From assembly GCF_006345805.1 (NCBI RefSeq), contig NC_043021.1, positions 1,860,001 to 1,924,000 on the forward strand: a stretch of 64,000 nucleotides of DNA. Reading direction: 5' to 3'. The notes under the pieces were generated by a model. The model did not search any database and was not told where the DNA came from. It saw nothing but the letters and a program-made list of their open reading frames with translations. Origin of the DNA: Octopus sinensis. Lineage: Eukaryota. The first letter of the stretch is position 1. The number at the start of each line of letters is the position of its first letter. The translations under genes and the position numbers were made by a program. Below are positions 25,173-36,900 of the stretch, piece by piece.

Positions 25173-26636
25173 CGGGCTTCTTTTGGTTTCTGTCTACCAA
25201 ATCCACTGACAAGGCTTTGGTCAGCCTGAGGCTGAAGCAGAAGACATTTATTTCTCAGTCTTCAAAAGGATTTGGACAGGAAAAATATGGATTCTGTAGA
25301 CGAGGTCAGAACAGTACCGGAGGAGTGAATTTTGGAAGAGGGGCCTTGCAAGTCTGCCAGACAGATGGAAGAGTATTGTAGAAAATGAAAGAGAGTAGAT
25401 TTTTGAAAAGTAAAAGTATAAAAAAATTGCATTATTTATGGGATGACCCAATAACTATGCCAGGGCCAGAGCTATGCTAACCAACCCAATAAATATATGC
25501 CAGTGCCGCTTTGACTGGCTTGTGTGCCGGTGGCACATAAAAAGCACCATCTGATCATGGTCGATGCCAGCTCCTCTGGCCCCTGTGCCAGTGGCACATA
25601 AAAAGCACCCACTACACTCACGGAGTGGTTGGCGTTAGGAAGGGCATCCAGTTGTAGAAACACTGCCAGATCAGATTGGGGCCTGGTGCAGCCTCCTGGC
25701 TTCCCAGACCCCAGTAGAACCGTCCAATCCATGCCCGCATGGAAAATGGATGTTAAACGATGATGATGATGTGTTGGTGTGTTTTAATTCGACTAACTTA
25801 GCAGTTTGGCAAAGGAGACTGATAGAGTCAGTACCAAGCTTAGAAAAATAAATAAGTGCTGGTATCAATTCATTCAACAAAGAATTTGTCTCGGTGGTGC
25901 TCCAGCAGGGTCTCAGTGTTATGGCTGAAACAAATGATAACTAAATGATGGAAATGATATTTTACTAAATTCCTCAAAATTATTTTTAGAATTAACTGAA
26001 AATGGTGCAATCTCTTCTCTCTATATATAAACAGCAGTTTGTCTGTCTGTGTGGCTGTCAGGTTGTACCCTCACCCTGACCACGGCTTTCAACCGATTCT
26101 GATGAAACTTGACACACACATAGCCCAATGTCATAATTCAAAACTAACGCAGCGAAAATTTTGAAAAGTTCCCTCAGTTCTGAAAAAAATCGATAAATTC
26201 GACATGGGGTCTAGAATCTAAGCTTTTTATATGCAACACATTTTCTGTTGTAGTTTTCGCAACTTGCAATCGGGAGACAGCTAGGAACATCGTATACATA
26301 GAAGTATTCAAGTGAAGAGAAGACATTGCAACCTACACATGCGCCTTCGTTCCCTAGAGGGAAAGAACTAGATTGGGATTAGTCGTTGCCTACTAGGGGC
26401 TCTTACATACCCGGGCAACGCCGGGCTATGCTGCTAGTTTGTCATAAAATCCGTTGATAAAGTGCTTGTTTAAACTTCTTGAGCTGTTTCTTTTTCAGGT
26501 CATCAACGCAGACAAACCAACTGACGATATCGCTGCTGAAATCTATGATCATGCCGTGCGGGTGAACAACAGGAAAATGAAAAAGCTATGGATTGATGAC
26601 TTATATAATACTTGTGATTTATGCTCCAAACCATAG
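17172..26636 (+). CDS. DTYMK: Thymidylate kinase (dTMP kinase), 5 exons, 224 aa: join(17172-17319,20984-21092,22658-22748,24608-24796,26499-26636)
   Basis: P-loop [48 protein letters not shown]; all introns GT-AG with matching phases (1,2,0,0); 675 nt in total. Confidence 0.95.
18954..19173 (+). mobile_element. SINE family A with 21-bp target-site duplication
   Basis: GGAGTTCTGATATTATAACGG at 18931-18951 and 19174-19194. Confidence 0.92.
20355..20630 (-). mobile_element. SINE-like family C (GGTTGGCGTTAGGAAGGGCATCCAG core, (GAT)n tail, internal subrepeats)
   Basis: Matches copies at 21435-21700, 25500-25770, 35625-35970, 39900-40230 and 56950-57325. Confidence 0.8.
20984..21092 (+). CDS. DTYMK: DTYMK exon 2
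   Basis: Polypyrimidine-CAG acceptor; (N)[35 protein letters not shown]; donor GTAAGT. Confidence 0.93.
21435..21700 (+). mobile_element. SINE-like family C
   Basis: Inverted relative to 20355-20630. Confidence 0.8.
22225..22455 (-). mobile_element. SINE family A, full length
   Basis: Reverse complement of the 18954/49502 copies. Confidence 0.88.
22658..22748 (+). CDS. DTYMK: DTYMK exon 3
   Basis: TTTGCAG acceptor; (M)[30 protein letters not shown]; donor GTAAAT. Confidence 0.94.
22902..23478 (+). mobile_element. 5'-truncated RTE-clade LINE with 10-bp TSD
   Basis: [41 protein letters not shown] and LRWLGHALR (frameshifted); TCTGTGTGTG at 22892-22901 and 23479-23488. Confidence 0.85.
24608..24796 (+). 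CDS. DTYMK: DTYMK exon 4
   Basis: TTTGCAG acceptor; [27 protein letters not shown]...[17 protein letters not shown]...SWK; donor GTAACA. Confidence 0.94.
25500..25770 (+). mobile_element. SINE-like family C
   Basis: Conserved core and GATGATGAT tail. Confidence 0.8.
26011..26437 (+). mobile_element. Non-autonomous Helitron
   Basis: 5' A|TC...TATATATAAA, subterminal hairpin CCCGGgcaacgCCGGG (26410-26425), 3' CTAG|T, no TSD. Confidence 0.75.
26499..26636 (+). CDS. DTYMK: DTYMK exon 5 (stop)
   Basis: TTTTTCAG acceptor; [45 protein letters not shown]. Confidence 0.9.
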   Translation, partial: VINADKPTDDIAAEIYDHAVRVNNRKMKKLWIDDLYNTCDLCSKP

Positions 26637-29600
26637 CATTCACTGGCACTGCATTTTATTGGGGGGGGGGTCTGTGTGTAGGTTTTTTTGTTTTTTTTTT
26701 TATGTTTATAATTCTGGCACAAGACCTGCAATTTTGTGAGGGAGTGGGGGCAGGGTAGTTGATTACATTAACCCCCAACACTTTATTTTGGTACTTTAAG
26801 TTGTTGACTTTGGCAAGCCTTGAACTAAATGCCCCGTGGCATCTTCCCTGTGCTCTCATCCTTTTTTTTTTTTTCCCCTAATTTCCAATTTTGGGACCTC
26901 GTCAGTAATTTCGAAGGGAGGTGATTATATCGATCCCTGTACTTTGCTGGTACTTTATTTTATTAACCTTGAAGGCAATGTTGGCTTTGGTTGGGTCTGC
27001 ACTCACAACACAAAGATCCCGAAGTAATAACACAAGGCATTCTACCAGCAAATTTTTCACATCAACTCAGGCCTAGAAATTCAAAGTCAAGTATGATTGA
27101 ATGGTGTGCAAATGTGTGGCTTAGTGGTCAGGATGTTGCACTCACAGTCCGAGATTATAGTTTCAATTCCTGGACCAGGTGTTGTGCTGTGTTCTTGAGA
27201 AAAAACACTCCATTTCACATTGCTGCAGTCCACTCGGCTGCAAACAGGTCACCTTGTGATGGCCAACATTCTCTTCAGAGGGAAAGATAACCTGTTCACC
27301 ATCATTCTACCACAATGCAAAGAAACGCATTGTGACCAGCAGTGTGTAACTACATCCGACAGTCTGGTTGATATTGTGACGATTGAGTGACTGGTGCTCG
27401 TTTTGTTAACCACAGAAGGTGAAGGGCAATGCCAGACTGCTTGTGGGAATTGAACCAAGTTACAGTGGTAGTAATAATTGTTCATGTTGGCACCGCTCAT
27501 GAGTGGTGGTCACTAATTGATTACAATTCATACATTCTGCAGCCTAGTTCAACACCACCTCCATTAATGAGTCAGTCTATGAAAGATTATTAGGGTGGTG
27601 GTGGTGATGGAGAAGGCAATCATGAAGTCTGTTCTTGTCATGAGTGTATTTAACTGTTTTTAAGTATTTGAATTAGGCCTCCTGTCTGCTGTTTCTTCCA
27701 CATACTCTTCGTCACTACTCTCGAAGGCCCTGTATAAGCAGGTTTGGCTTTTGCCTTCTTCCTGTAACTTAGCTATTAATACCAACCACCCTTTGAACCA
27801 TCCATCCATGCACTTCCCCTTTCCACTGTTTCAGGGAGGATTCGTGGGGGAAAGAATCCTCAGGTGCCTCCTCCACAGGGTCCTGTCAAGAAACAACCAT
27901 TGTCAGACTTAGCTGGATTCCCAAGCTTGACCAACAGAGACTATGGATGCTATCCCACCATCATGTTCTTGATCTACCCCAAGGACTCCTGCCAGTTGGC
28001 TTGGTTTGAAGAATCCATTTCTAATCCTTTCCTGTTGCATTCTAATCACATGTCTGTAGTACTGGGTCTGTGACCTCTCAATGCAGAGAAGTAACTACTC
28101 AACCTGGAGAGACTCAGATCAGATGCTGTCGGATTTGAAATCATTTTACCGTGATAATATTTAGTCAGGTGTGCAAATTGAGAGAATCAGTAAAGCAGCT
28201 GTGAGAATAACCTGTCGTCTGTTGTGGCAAAGTTTCTACAGCTGGATGCCCTCCCTAACATCATCCACTTTACAATGTAATAGGTGCTTTTTATGTAACA
28301 CCAGCACAGGTGCCTACTACATGGCACCAGCTTGGGTGCTTTTTCATGTGGCAGTTGCACAGGTGCTCTTTTACATGACATCAGCATGGATGCCTTTTAT
28401 ATGGTGCCAGTATACAAACCTGCTTTCTTCTATCAGTTCTCATGGCAACGTACTCTACCTCCCTTTTGTAGTATGACAAATTACTAGTCCTATCATAAGT
28501 CGAGGTCATTTTCCATTGGGCATATCACTCAGAAAGCCCCACAGGCTGCAGTGTGCTCATGACTGTGATAAAAGCATGCAACTGTAAGAAGAAAAAAAAG
28601 GTCCTCAAAAGAATATACCAACCAGAGGAGGCCTGAACTTTGCAGGCAACTTGCTTAGAAGAACTGTATGTAACTCTGGCTAAAAATACTGCTAAAGGTT
28701 GGAGCAGATCCCTTTAGTCTCTGGTGCCAGTAGCTCACTAAAATACAGCTAGTGAATGGTGAAGGGAAGAGCAACCATTTTCAAAAAGCTTTAAAAACAT
28801 AGAAACAACATCAAATAGATTGTTGGGTTTTTCTATTATTCTGTGCAGGACCTTCTTGAGGTATGGATAACCTGGACAGATGCTCAGGAACCCCAATTCT
28901 GATCTATGTATGTTGTGGCTTCTTGTCAATAAAAGATACCATAGGGCCCAGTGCATTGATTTTCCTGGGGTTGAAGGAGCTGTAAAGCTGATAAGATAGC
29001 TCTAGTTCTGGGTGCGAAATAAAGGGCCACACCCTGTGGTGAAATGCTGTGAGATTTGTTCAACCTCTGCCAGTATTGGAAGAACGGATACAAATTAACA
29101 AGGAAGGGTATTTGTAGTTTCTGAATTATTTAATTTAATCTTCCTGAACAGATTAACCCTTTCACAGCCTTGTTACTAACAAAATACCCCTGTGTTCAGT
29201 TAATTTTCTCCAAAATAGTCAAGTACTTCGGAAGATTATGAAGCTGGTGTTTGGGATATGTTTTATAAACAAAACTCAATTTCAAATCCTTCTAGGGTCA
29301 GCATTGCTTTTCATCCTTTCGGGGTTAATAAAATGAAGTACCAGTCAGACTTGCCCCCTTTTCTCACCTTTAAATTGCAGGTTTTATGCCAAAATTAGAA
29401 AGAATATCTTATGTAAAACATGTTGGAATTTTCATGTATGATTGTATTACGATGAAGGACATCAAAGAAACGGGGAGTTATATGGAAGGTATCAAATACC
29501 TTAAGTAACCGAAAAGTAAATTCTATTGATTGAAAAAAAAAAGGGACTAGCATCTCATGGTCAAGTTTGCTGAGTAAACCACCTGGTTCCTGGTTCAATC

Positions 29601-29947
29601 CCACTTCTGAACAGTTTGGGCAAGTGTTTTCCACTGCAGCTTTGGGTTGACCACAGCCAAGCAAATACAATATGGAAACTGCATCAAGTGGTGTCCTTTT
29701 ACATCAAAGGGTAAATTAACCATTCAATAATCAGAGATCAATAAAATTAATTGATAGAATTGAATAAAACTTTTAACCCTTTACTTGTCCAGAGTGCTTT
29801 TTGTAAGTTTATTCCAAAGCATGCAGGTTTGTTTTCGGGCTTTTGGTCAGCCGTTTGTTTCACACATTGGGAGTAAAGATTAAATTGATATTCTCTAACA
29901 ATAAAAATCACAAGTTGTACAATATGATAATTTCAATATATAGAGAG

Positions 29948-30460
29948 CAAGTGGTTCCCAACTGATTTTTGGCCATGCCCCACCAAATCATTTCTAAAAT
30001 CCCGATGCCCCCTTCTGATATTTAATTTTTGTTATTCAAAATTTGGATTACAACATTACCTGGAAGCAAAAAAAAAAAAAATAGTGCAACGGGTGTAAAA
30101 AATGTGTAGGAATCACACACAATATGTGTTGGTAATTAAATTACCTGCATGTTTTCATATACCACTAAATCAAAATATTCTTTACACCCCTTTAGTGAAC
30201 ATTTATCAAATTTGACACTTTAGAGACATCAAATCTTTTATTAGTTGGTCAGATTTGTTGTAAAGATCTGATGTCTCTAAAGTGTCAAATTTGATAAAAT
30301 TGCTCACTGAAGGGGTGTAAAGAATATTTTTTTTTTCCTTAACTCATTTTCGAATTGCCCCCTTTCTCTTATTGGTATTGTGTACAAAAGGTGACCCACC
30401 AAAATATTACCACGCTCCACCCAGTGGGGCATGCACCCCCAATACAGAGGGATGCTGCTG
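29948..30460. mobile_element. Degenerate hAT(Charlie)-like MITE containing a long palindrome
   Basis: Starts AGTGGTTCCCAAC (hAT-type TIR); right end degenerate. Confidence 0.35.
30172..30330. repeat. Near-perfect inverted repeat, about 68-bp arms
   Basis: 30172-30238 is the reverse complement of 30262-30330 with about 5 differences. Confidence 0.92.
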
Positions 30461-31540
30461 GTTTAAAAACTAAGCTACCCAGGTATTCCAAATTATTCCT
30501 TATTAAGGGGAAACTGTGTCCATGTTACTACCTTCAGCAAGTTGCCTGAACTGGTATTTAATTTATCGACCCCTAAAAGGATGAAAGGCCAAGGTGACCT
30601 TGACGGAATTTGAACTCAGAACATAAAGATGGAGGAAATGCCACTCAGCATTTCATCCAATGTGCTAATGATCCGACCTGCTCTTCACCTGGAGAAAATA
30701 GACGACGTCAAAATAACTTAATAAAAAAAAAAAACATTAAACAAAAGTAAAATGGAAAGAAAAGAAGAAAAAAAAAAGATTTTGGACCCAAGCAGAACAA
30801 TCTAGAAACTTGCTTTTATCTCTGAAATGGTTGATTGAAGCAGCGGCAGGTGATGGGTGGGGAGTGGATGTAGTTCACACAGTCTGATAGTTGTAGTAGT
30901 CTTAGCAGTAAGGTCCACTGTGGTAGAAGAGACATGAAGCGAGGAAGCAATTTGGATGGATGGATGGATCTAACAGCGATGAAGTGGAGGTTTTAGTTTG
31001 TTAAAGTTGGGGCAAAGGAGGGGGAGATTAAAAGGGGGTGGTGTTGTCAGTCTGTTTAGTAATGGGGTGGGATTGCACGATATGAAAAATAAATGGCAGA
31101 TTGAAAATTGGATCGGAGGGTGGGGACACACGAACACACAGTTGAAACATCTCTCAGGAAGCGTCTTTTTTTTTTTCTTTTACATTGAATTTCATTTCAT
31201 AAACTTTTAAATTTCGGATATAAAATATTCACTGGAGATTTCCATATAAGCACATATATATATACATATGAGTGAGGTGGGGTTGTAAAACAATTATTTT
31301 TATGTCTTTCATATAAACACATTCGATTATGCAGCTGTGTGTAAATGTAAATATTTGTGTGTGTGTGTATGTATATATATATATATACACATTAGCAAGA
31401 TTCCACTTACTTTTTAGACATGTATATACATACATACATATGCATATATATATATATATATGTCTACATATATTTACTCTATATCATTAAATGAATATGG
31501 TAAGTCCTATCTCTCGCCTAAAAAGTTATATATATATATA

Positions 31541-31771
31541 TATTTCTTCCCTACCCACAAGGGGCTAAACATAGAGGGGACAAACAAGGACAGACAAAGG
31601 GATTAAGTCGATGACATCGACCCCAGTACGCAACTAGTACTTTATTTATCGACCCCGAAAGGGATGAAAGGCAAAGTCGACCTCGGCGTAATTTGAACTC
31701 AGAACGTAACGACAGACGAAACTGCTAAGCGTTTCGCCTGGCGCGCTAACGTTTCTGCCAGCTCGTCGCCT
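31541..31771 (-). mobile_element. SINE family A in a (TA)n tract downstream of the STOX stop
   Basis: Full-length reverse-complement match. Confidence 0.88.
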
Positions 31772-32065
31772 TAATATATATATATATAGTTGAGATGTGT
31801 TCTGTTAAGAATGTATAAGAGTACAAATAGAGCTCATTCACACTTTGAAGAAGCCATGGGTGTTGTAGTATGGAAATCTAGATTTGCTTACGGAGACAGC
31901 AACTGAGTATCACCTGAGAAGATACATAGAGATCTTCGTATACAGGTAAATCGTTAAATAATTTAATTTAAACTTAACTTTAAATCCTTTATATACGAGG
32001 ATCTGTATGTATGGAAACATTTGTAGCGATTAAAAAGCTGCCTTTTGACTATTACTTTTTACTTG

Positions 32066-32102
<37 letters not shown>

Positions 32103-32325
32103 CAGATAGATAGATAGAGAGAGATACACACAGCAACAAGATGACAAGACAAATAGGGAGTTGGGGGGGGGGTATGAGTTTTGTTTCTATAACAACTAAT
32201 TTATTCAGAAACTGCACCTACAATGTCTGCACAATTCGCATTGCAGCTGTCCTGGTGTTGCCATGTCTAGCAAAAGTGCAATTGACCCCACCATAATATA
32301 TATAGGACACACGCTACATGAGGTC

Positions 32326-33965
32326 TCATACAACACCGACCACTTGGAAGTCATCATCAAAGTGACCCCTTGAACTGGACTGGCGAGTGTTCCCATCTGC
32401 AGTGAGATCTTTGTTTGAATTCAGTTGAGATGAACGAGCGACGTAGGACCGGGGTCGTGAGTTGTTGCTGTGGGAGGTGTCGGGTTTGTGACATGCAATT
32501 TGTTGATTGTTTAAGATGTGAGGGTCAAGAGTGTCCCCTGGGCCCAGTTGCCAGCTGTCACGTGCGTTCTCAGCTGAGGCAGAACGATTGGAAGATACAT
32601 GCATGCTGTGTCTCTTTTTCTGCCGTCTGTGTTGACCAGTGTCCAGTGGGACAGCCGCATGGTGGCTACGTGTACACAAGCTGTGATTATTGTCTCTGAG
32701 GTTCAACTCCCGAGTCTCGTGTACCAGGTTTTCCATGGGACAATCGTGATGTGTCCCAGAGTTTGGTATGACTGTATTGAAACTCTGCTCGCTGCTCTCC
32801 CCTGCAGCCAACTTCTGTCCAGTCTCCGTACTATCTCGACCACTGCCTGTTAAGCTGTTGTGGTGATGGTGATGATGATGATGATGGTGATAACTGTTGT
32901 CAAACAACTGGCTTGAGTCCAAGTAGCTGCAGGTTTCAGGAAATTCCTCTGCGATGGTCGCGGTTGGTATGTCGACGGCACAATTTTCGTTGCTGTCGTA
33001 TAGATTGCTGCGGACATTCTTCCTGGAATGATGTCGATGGTGTTTCATGCCTGACCGTTTTTTATACGCTCTGTGAACTTTCTTTGAGATACGGCTAGGT
33101 TCAATTTCCTGCTTAGAATGCGTTGTCTGTGATAAATCCACTTTCATGTCTTCGGCAAAACCAGAACTCAGACCGATGCAGTTCACTCCACTGTCTCGTG
33201 AATAAGCATACATTGAATATTTATTCGGCAGTTTGCCCTTGTATTCAATGCTGATATCGTTGCCATAGTAATCCTCGCAGTAGCTGTAACGTTCCAGTCT
33301 CTTCCGCTGCTTGCTGATTTTCTGCTGTGCTGCATCATGGCCGTGTTCACAGGCAGCATTATTCGTTCTCAGTGAAGATGTCTTTGAGGTAGATTTACGT
33401 GGACATTTGTGATGCTGGTTGCTGCGATGCTTCGACGACGCTTCATTGGCCAATCCTTCGTAGCAGGGAGACTGTTGTGAGTGGTGCTTAGTGCCATCTG
33501 GTGGTTGCTTCTCAAAGCTATTTGGTTCATCGACCACAACTGACCAGCGATTCACGTTGGCTTGAAGCTCCTGTTCCTTACCAAGTTTGGAATTGTAATG
33601 GGCCGTTTCTTTAGGACTAGCTTGTTCCGAACACATGGGTTCGCAACTGTAGGGAGGCAATGTGACAATTGGGGGAACAGTCGCTGATTTTAGCTTTGAA
33701 CTTGTCGGCCCAGTTGCCAAACCACTCTTGCCGACGACATTGGTGTCCTGTACAGTGTAGAGATAATGCCAGGTATTAGATTTGGTCACTTGTTGGTCAC
33801 TAATCCATTCTTCAGTCCTGCGTTGTTTCTCCAGTTGTTGTTGGTACCATTGCCATTCAGGGGGAGGAAACTGTGCAGAGAACGTGGCATATTCCACTTC
33901 TTTGTTCGGGGATGCTTTCTTCTTGTAACGGCCAAACAGTTTACTGAATAACGTGGTTTTCTCAC
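32326..33965 (-). CDS. STOX: STOX-like terminal coding exon
   Basis: TTTCAG acceptor at 33966; (G)[37 protein letters not shown]...[10 protein letters not shown]. Confidence 0.9.
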
Positions 33966-36900
33966 CTGAAACGAAAGAGAAACAGAGAATGAGGAGGGAG
34001 GAAACGAGAACAGCTTCAGCAGCTCAGACTATACACACAAACACCACACATATACGTATATACATACACGTGGAGGCACAATGGCCCAGTGGTTAGGGCA
34101 GCGGACTCATGATCATAGGATCGCGGTTTCAATTCCCAGACTGGGCGTTGTGAGTGTTTCTTGAGCGAAAACACCTAAAAGCTCCATGAGGCTCCGGCAG
34201 GGGGTGGTGGCGATCCCTGCTGTACTCTTTCACCACAACTTTCTTTCAGTCTATCTACTGTTGGCCTGCTTGCTTAGCCAGCGGGGTGGCGTCACTTGAA
34301 GGCTAAAACAATGCAAAGCGCATTGTGACCAGCGATGTGTAGCAACATCTGATGGCCTGGTCGGTCACGTGATATACACACACACACAAATACATATATA
34401 CATGAATCCACATGCGTACATTCAGATTTACTATATTTTAACGTGTATCAGGAACCCCCTAATTGAGGGGGGGGGGCTTAAAATTTGGAAAAAAGGTTTT
34501 GTAAGGGATTATAATACTATCCATGTATAAGAAACTCCCATATTTTAACCTAATTTTTGACAAAAAAAGTGTTCCTTATACGTGTTAAAATATGGTACAT
34601 TATACATTTACATGCACACAGACACATACATACATATATAAACACACACACACACATATAATCACACACATACATACATACATAAACACACGTACACATA
34701 CAAACACATATAAATAAACCCACAGGCATATATAAATTTCTGATATGTCACAAAGCTTGGCTCCCCTGTTAACCTGTGATTCCACTGCAGTTCTTGTGTC
34801 TTCATAGTTTATATTGAGTGCAGCATATAGAGTTTATATCTTAATCCTTTTCTGCATATTAAGCAAGGATATTTCACTGACAATTCAGGGGTCCTGTTTT
34901 CATTCCCACTTACAAATGCATTTGTCTTTGCTAAGTTTACCTGAAAACCTCTCCGTGCTAGCTTTTGCTTCCATGCCCGGAATTTCCTCTCTGGTTTCAG
35001 TATGGTAATTAGATCACCAGTTTATGACAGTTCCCGCGAACAGTAGGTCTTAAGCTCCCATGTGATGATCTTTAGGACTATAATGAATAGGAGAAGGGTG
35101 AGAATCATGCCCTGATAAACCCCCTACCTGACATCAAACTCCTTGCTAAATAGCAGGTTTCAAATTCCTTTGTGGTAATCTTTAGGATTACAATGGGAGA
35201 GGGGTGAGAAACAAACCTTGACGAACCCCTACCTGCACGTCCACCAGATTCCTTTGTTATAATCTTTGGGATTATATTGAATAGGAAAGGGGTGAGAACT
35301 AAACCTGCACACCAAATTCATTGTTGACTCTGGCTTTTATTACTGCACCTTTTGACAGGGTTTCTACAGTCCTCACATGCCATTTGTCTACACCTGGTTT
35401 CCTTAGCAACTACCAGATTACAGAGTATAACATTCCATTAATGACCTTCTCCAAGTCAATGTGTGTGTGTGTGTGTGTGTGTTTGCTTTTATGTCAAGTT
35501 ATAATTAAAGTAATTTAACCTTAAACTGAAGAATTACTCCATACATTTTTTTGTAGAGTGACAGGGACTTCAAAGTTTCCCTTTTTAGCCTTCATTCAAC
35601 TCTCACTTTCTCCCTCTCTCTCTCTCATCATCATCATCGTTTAACATCCGCTTTCCACGCTGGCCTGGGTAGGATGGTTTGACTGGGCACTGGTGAGCCA
35701 GATGGTTGCACCAGGCTCCGATCTGATCTAGCAAAGTTTCTACAGCTGGATGCCCTTCCTAATGCCAACCACTCCGAGAGTGGAGTGGGTGCCTTTTACA
35801 TGCCACTGGCACGGGGGCCAGTCAGGAGGTACTGGCAACGACCTCGCTCGAATCTTTTTATGCATGCCACTGGCACAGGTGCCAGTAAGGCGACGTTGGT
35901 AACGATCATGCTCGAATGGTGCCCTTTTACGTACCACGGCACAGGGGTCAGTCAGGTGGAACTGGCAATGACCTCTCTCTCTCTCTCATATATACACATG
36001 GAGTGAAAGGAAGATAAACTGAAACTTGCTGCTGAAGGAAGGAAAGAAAAGGAAAGGTCAGTAACGCCGGTGGAGAGCTTCTTCAAATGCAGCCACTGCA
36101 TGCAGGACTGCCACTCTCATGTGGGGCCTGTGCAGCCATAGCAAAGGCTGCACCACCATCAGTAGCTGACACAAAATCCTCCAGGTACAGATCCATGGTC
36201 TTTCGAGACCAACGATGGATTGCATGTATGTGTGTGTATATATATATAAGCAAAATAAGCAACAAGGATATCCAAGGTAGTGTAGTACAATCGTTTCATG
36301 CTACTTCATTTAAACAATGTAAGTATTACATCAGTTTTAAAATGTAAAGCAATCTTCAGCCACATATACAATTCTTTTAATTAAATGGACAATGTACATT
36401 TTTATACTTATTTCATTTGCCAACATTGGATATCCTTGTTGCTTATTTTGATTATAATCACCCCATTTGATTTATATGGATAGAACCATACCAAATTCTG
36501 ATGCCTTTAACTTAAGTACCATATTTATCTGAATCTAAATTTTGCACACACACACACACACACGAGGGGGTGAGGCTGAAAAGTCCCTGGCTTTGGGTAA
36601 ACGAATATACAGGAGGATTATTTAATTATGATTTTATCCAACATGTTCCCCTCTCAGATTCACACACTTATTGCATTGGTCCTTCAGTTTTTCAAAGCCC
36701 CGTAAAAGAACTCAGAAGGTTGGGACTCCAACCAGGCCTTTCACGATACCCTTAAAAACAGGAGCTTTTCAGCACCCTTTCGTATATACACACAAACACG
36801 CACACATTTATTTTAACTTATATATTTTTTATTAATTGATATATTTATGTGACTGTTTGATCATGACACATGCAAAAGAAACCTTGGAACTGTCCGGATT

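Noticed and set aside
26098-26112. CTGATGAAAC as a hammerhead core
   Set aside because: No helix II or flanking helix I; part of the Helitron body
32326-33897. 523-aa ORF as a stand-alone single-exon gene
   Set aside because: It starts at GTG, the frame stays open to the acceptor at 33966, and it joins in phase with the STOX winged-helix exons
34072-34145. tRNA gene
   Set aside because: The A/B boxes belong to a SINE head that continues into a repeat body; no intact cloverleaf. The same holds for the family A and B heads
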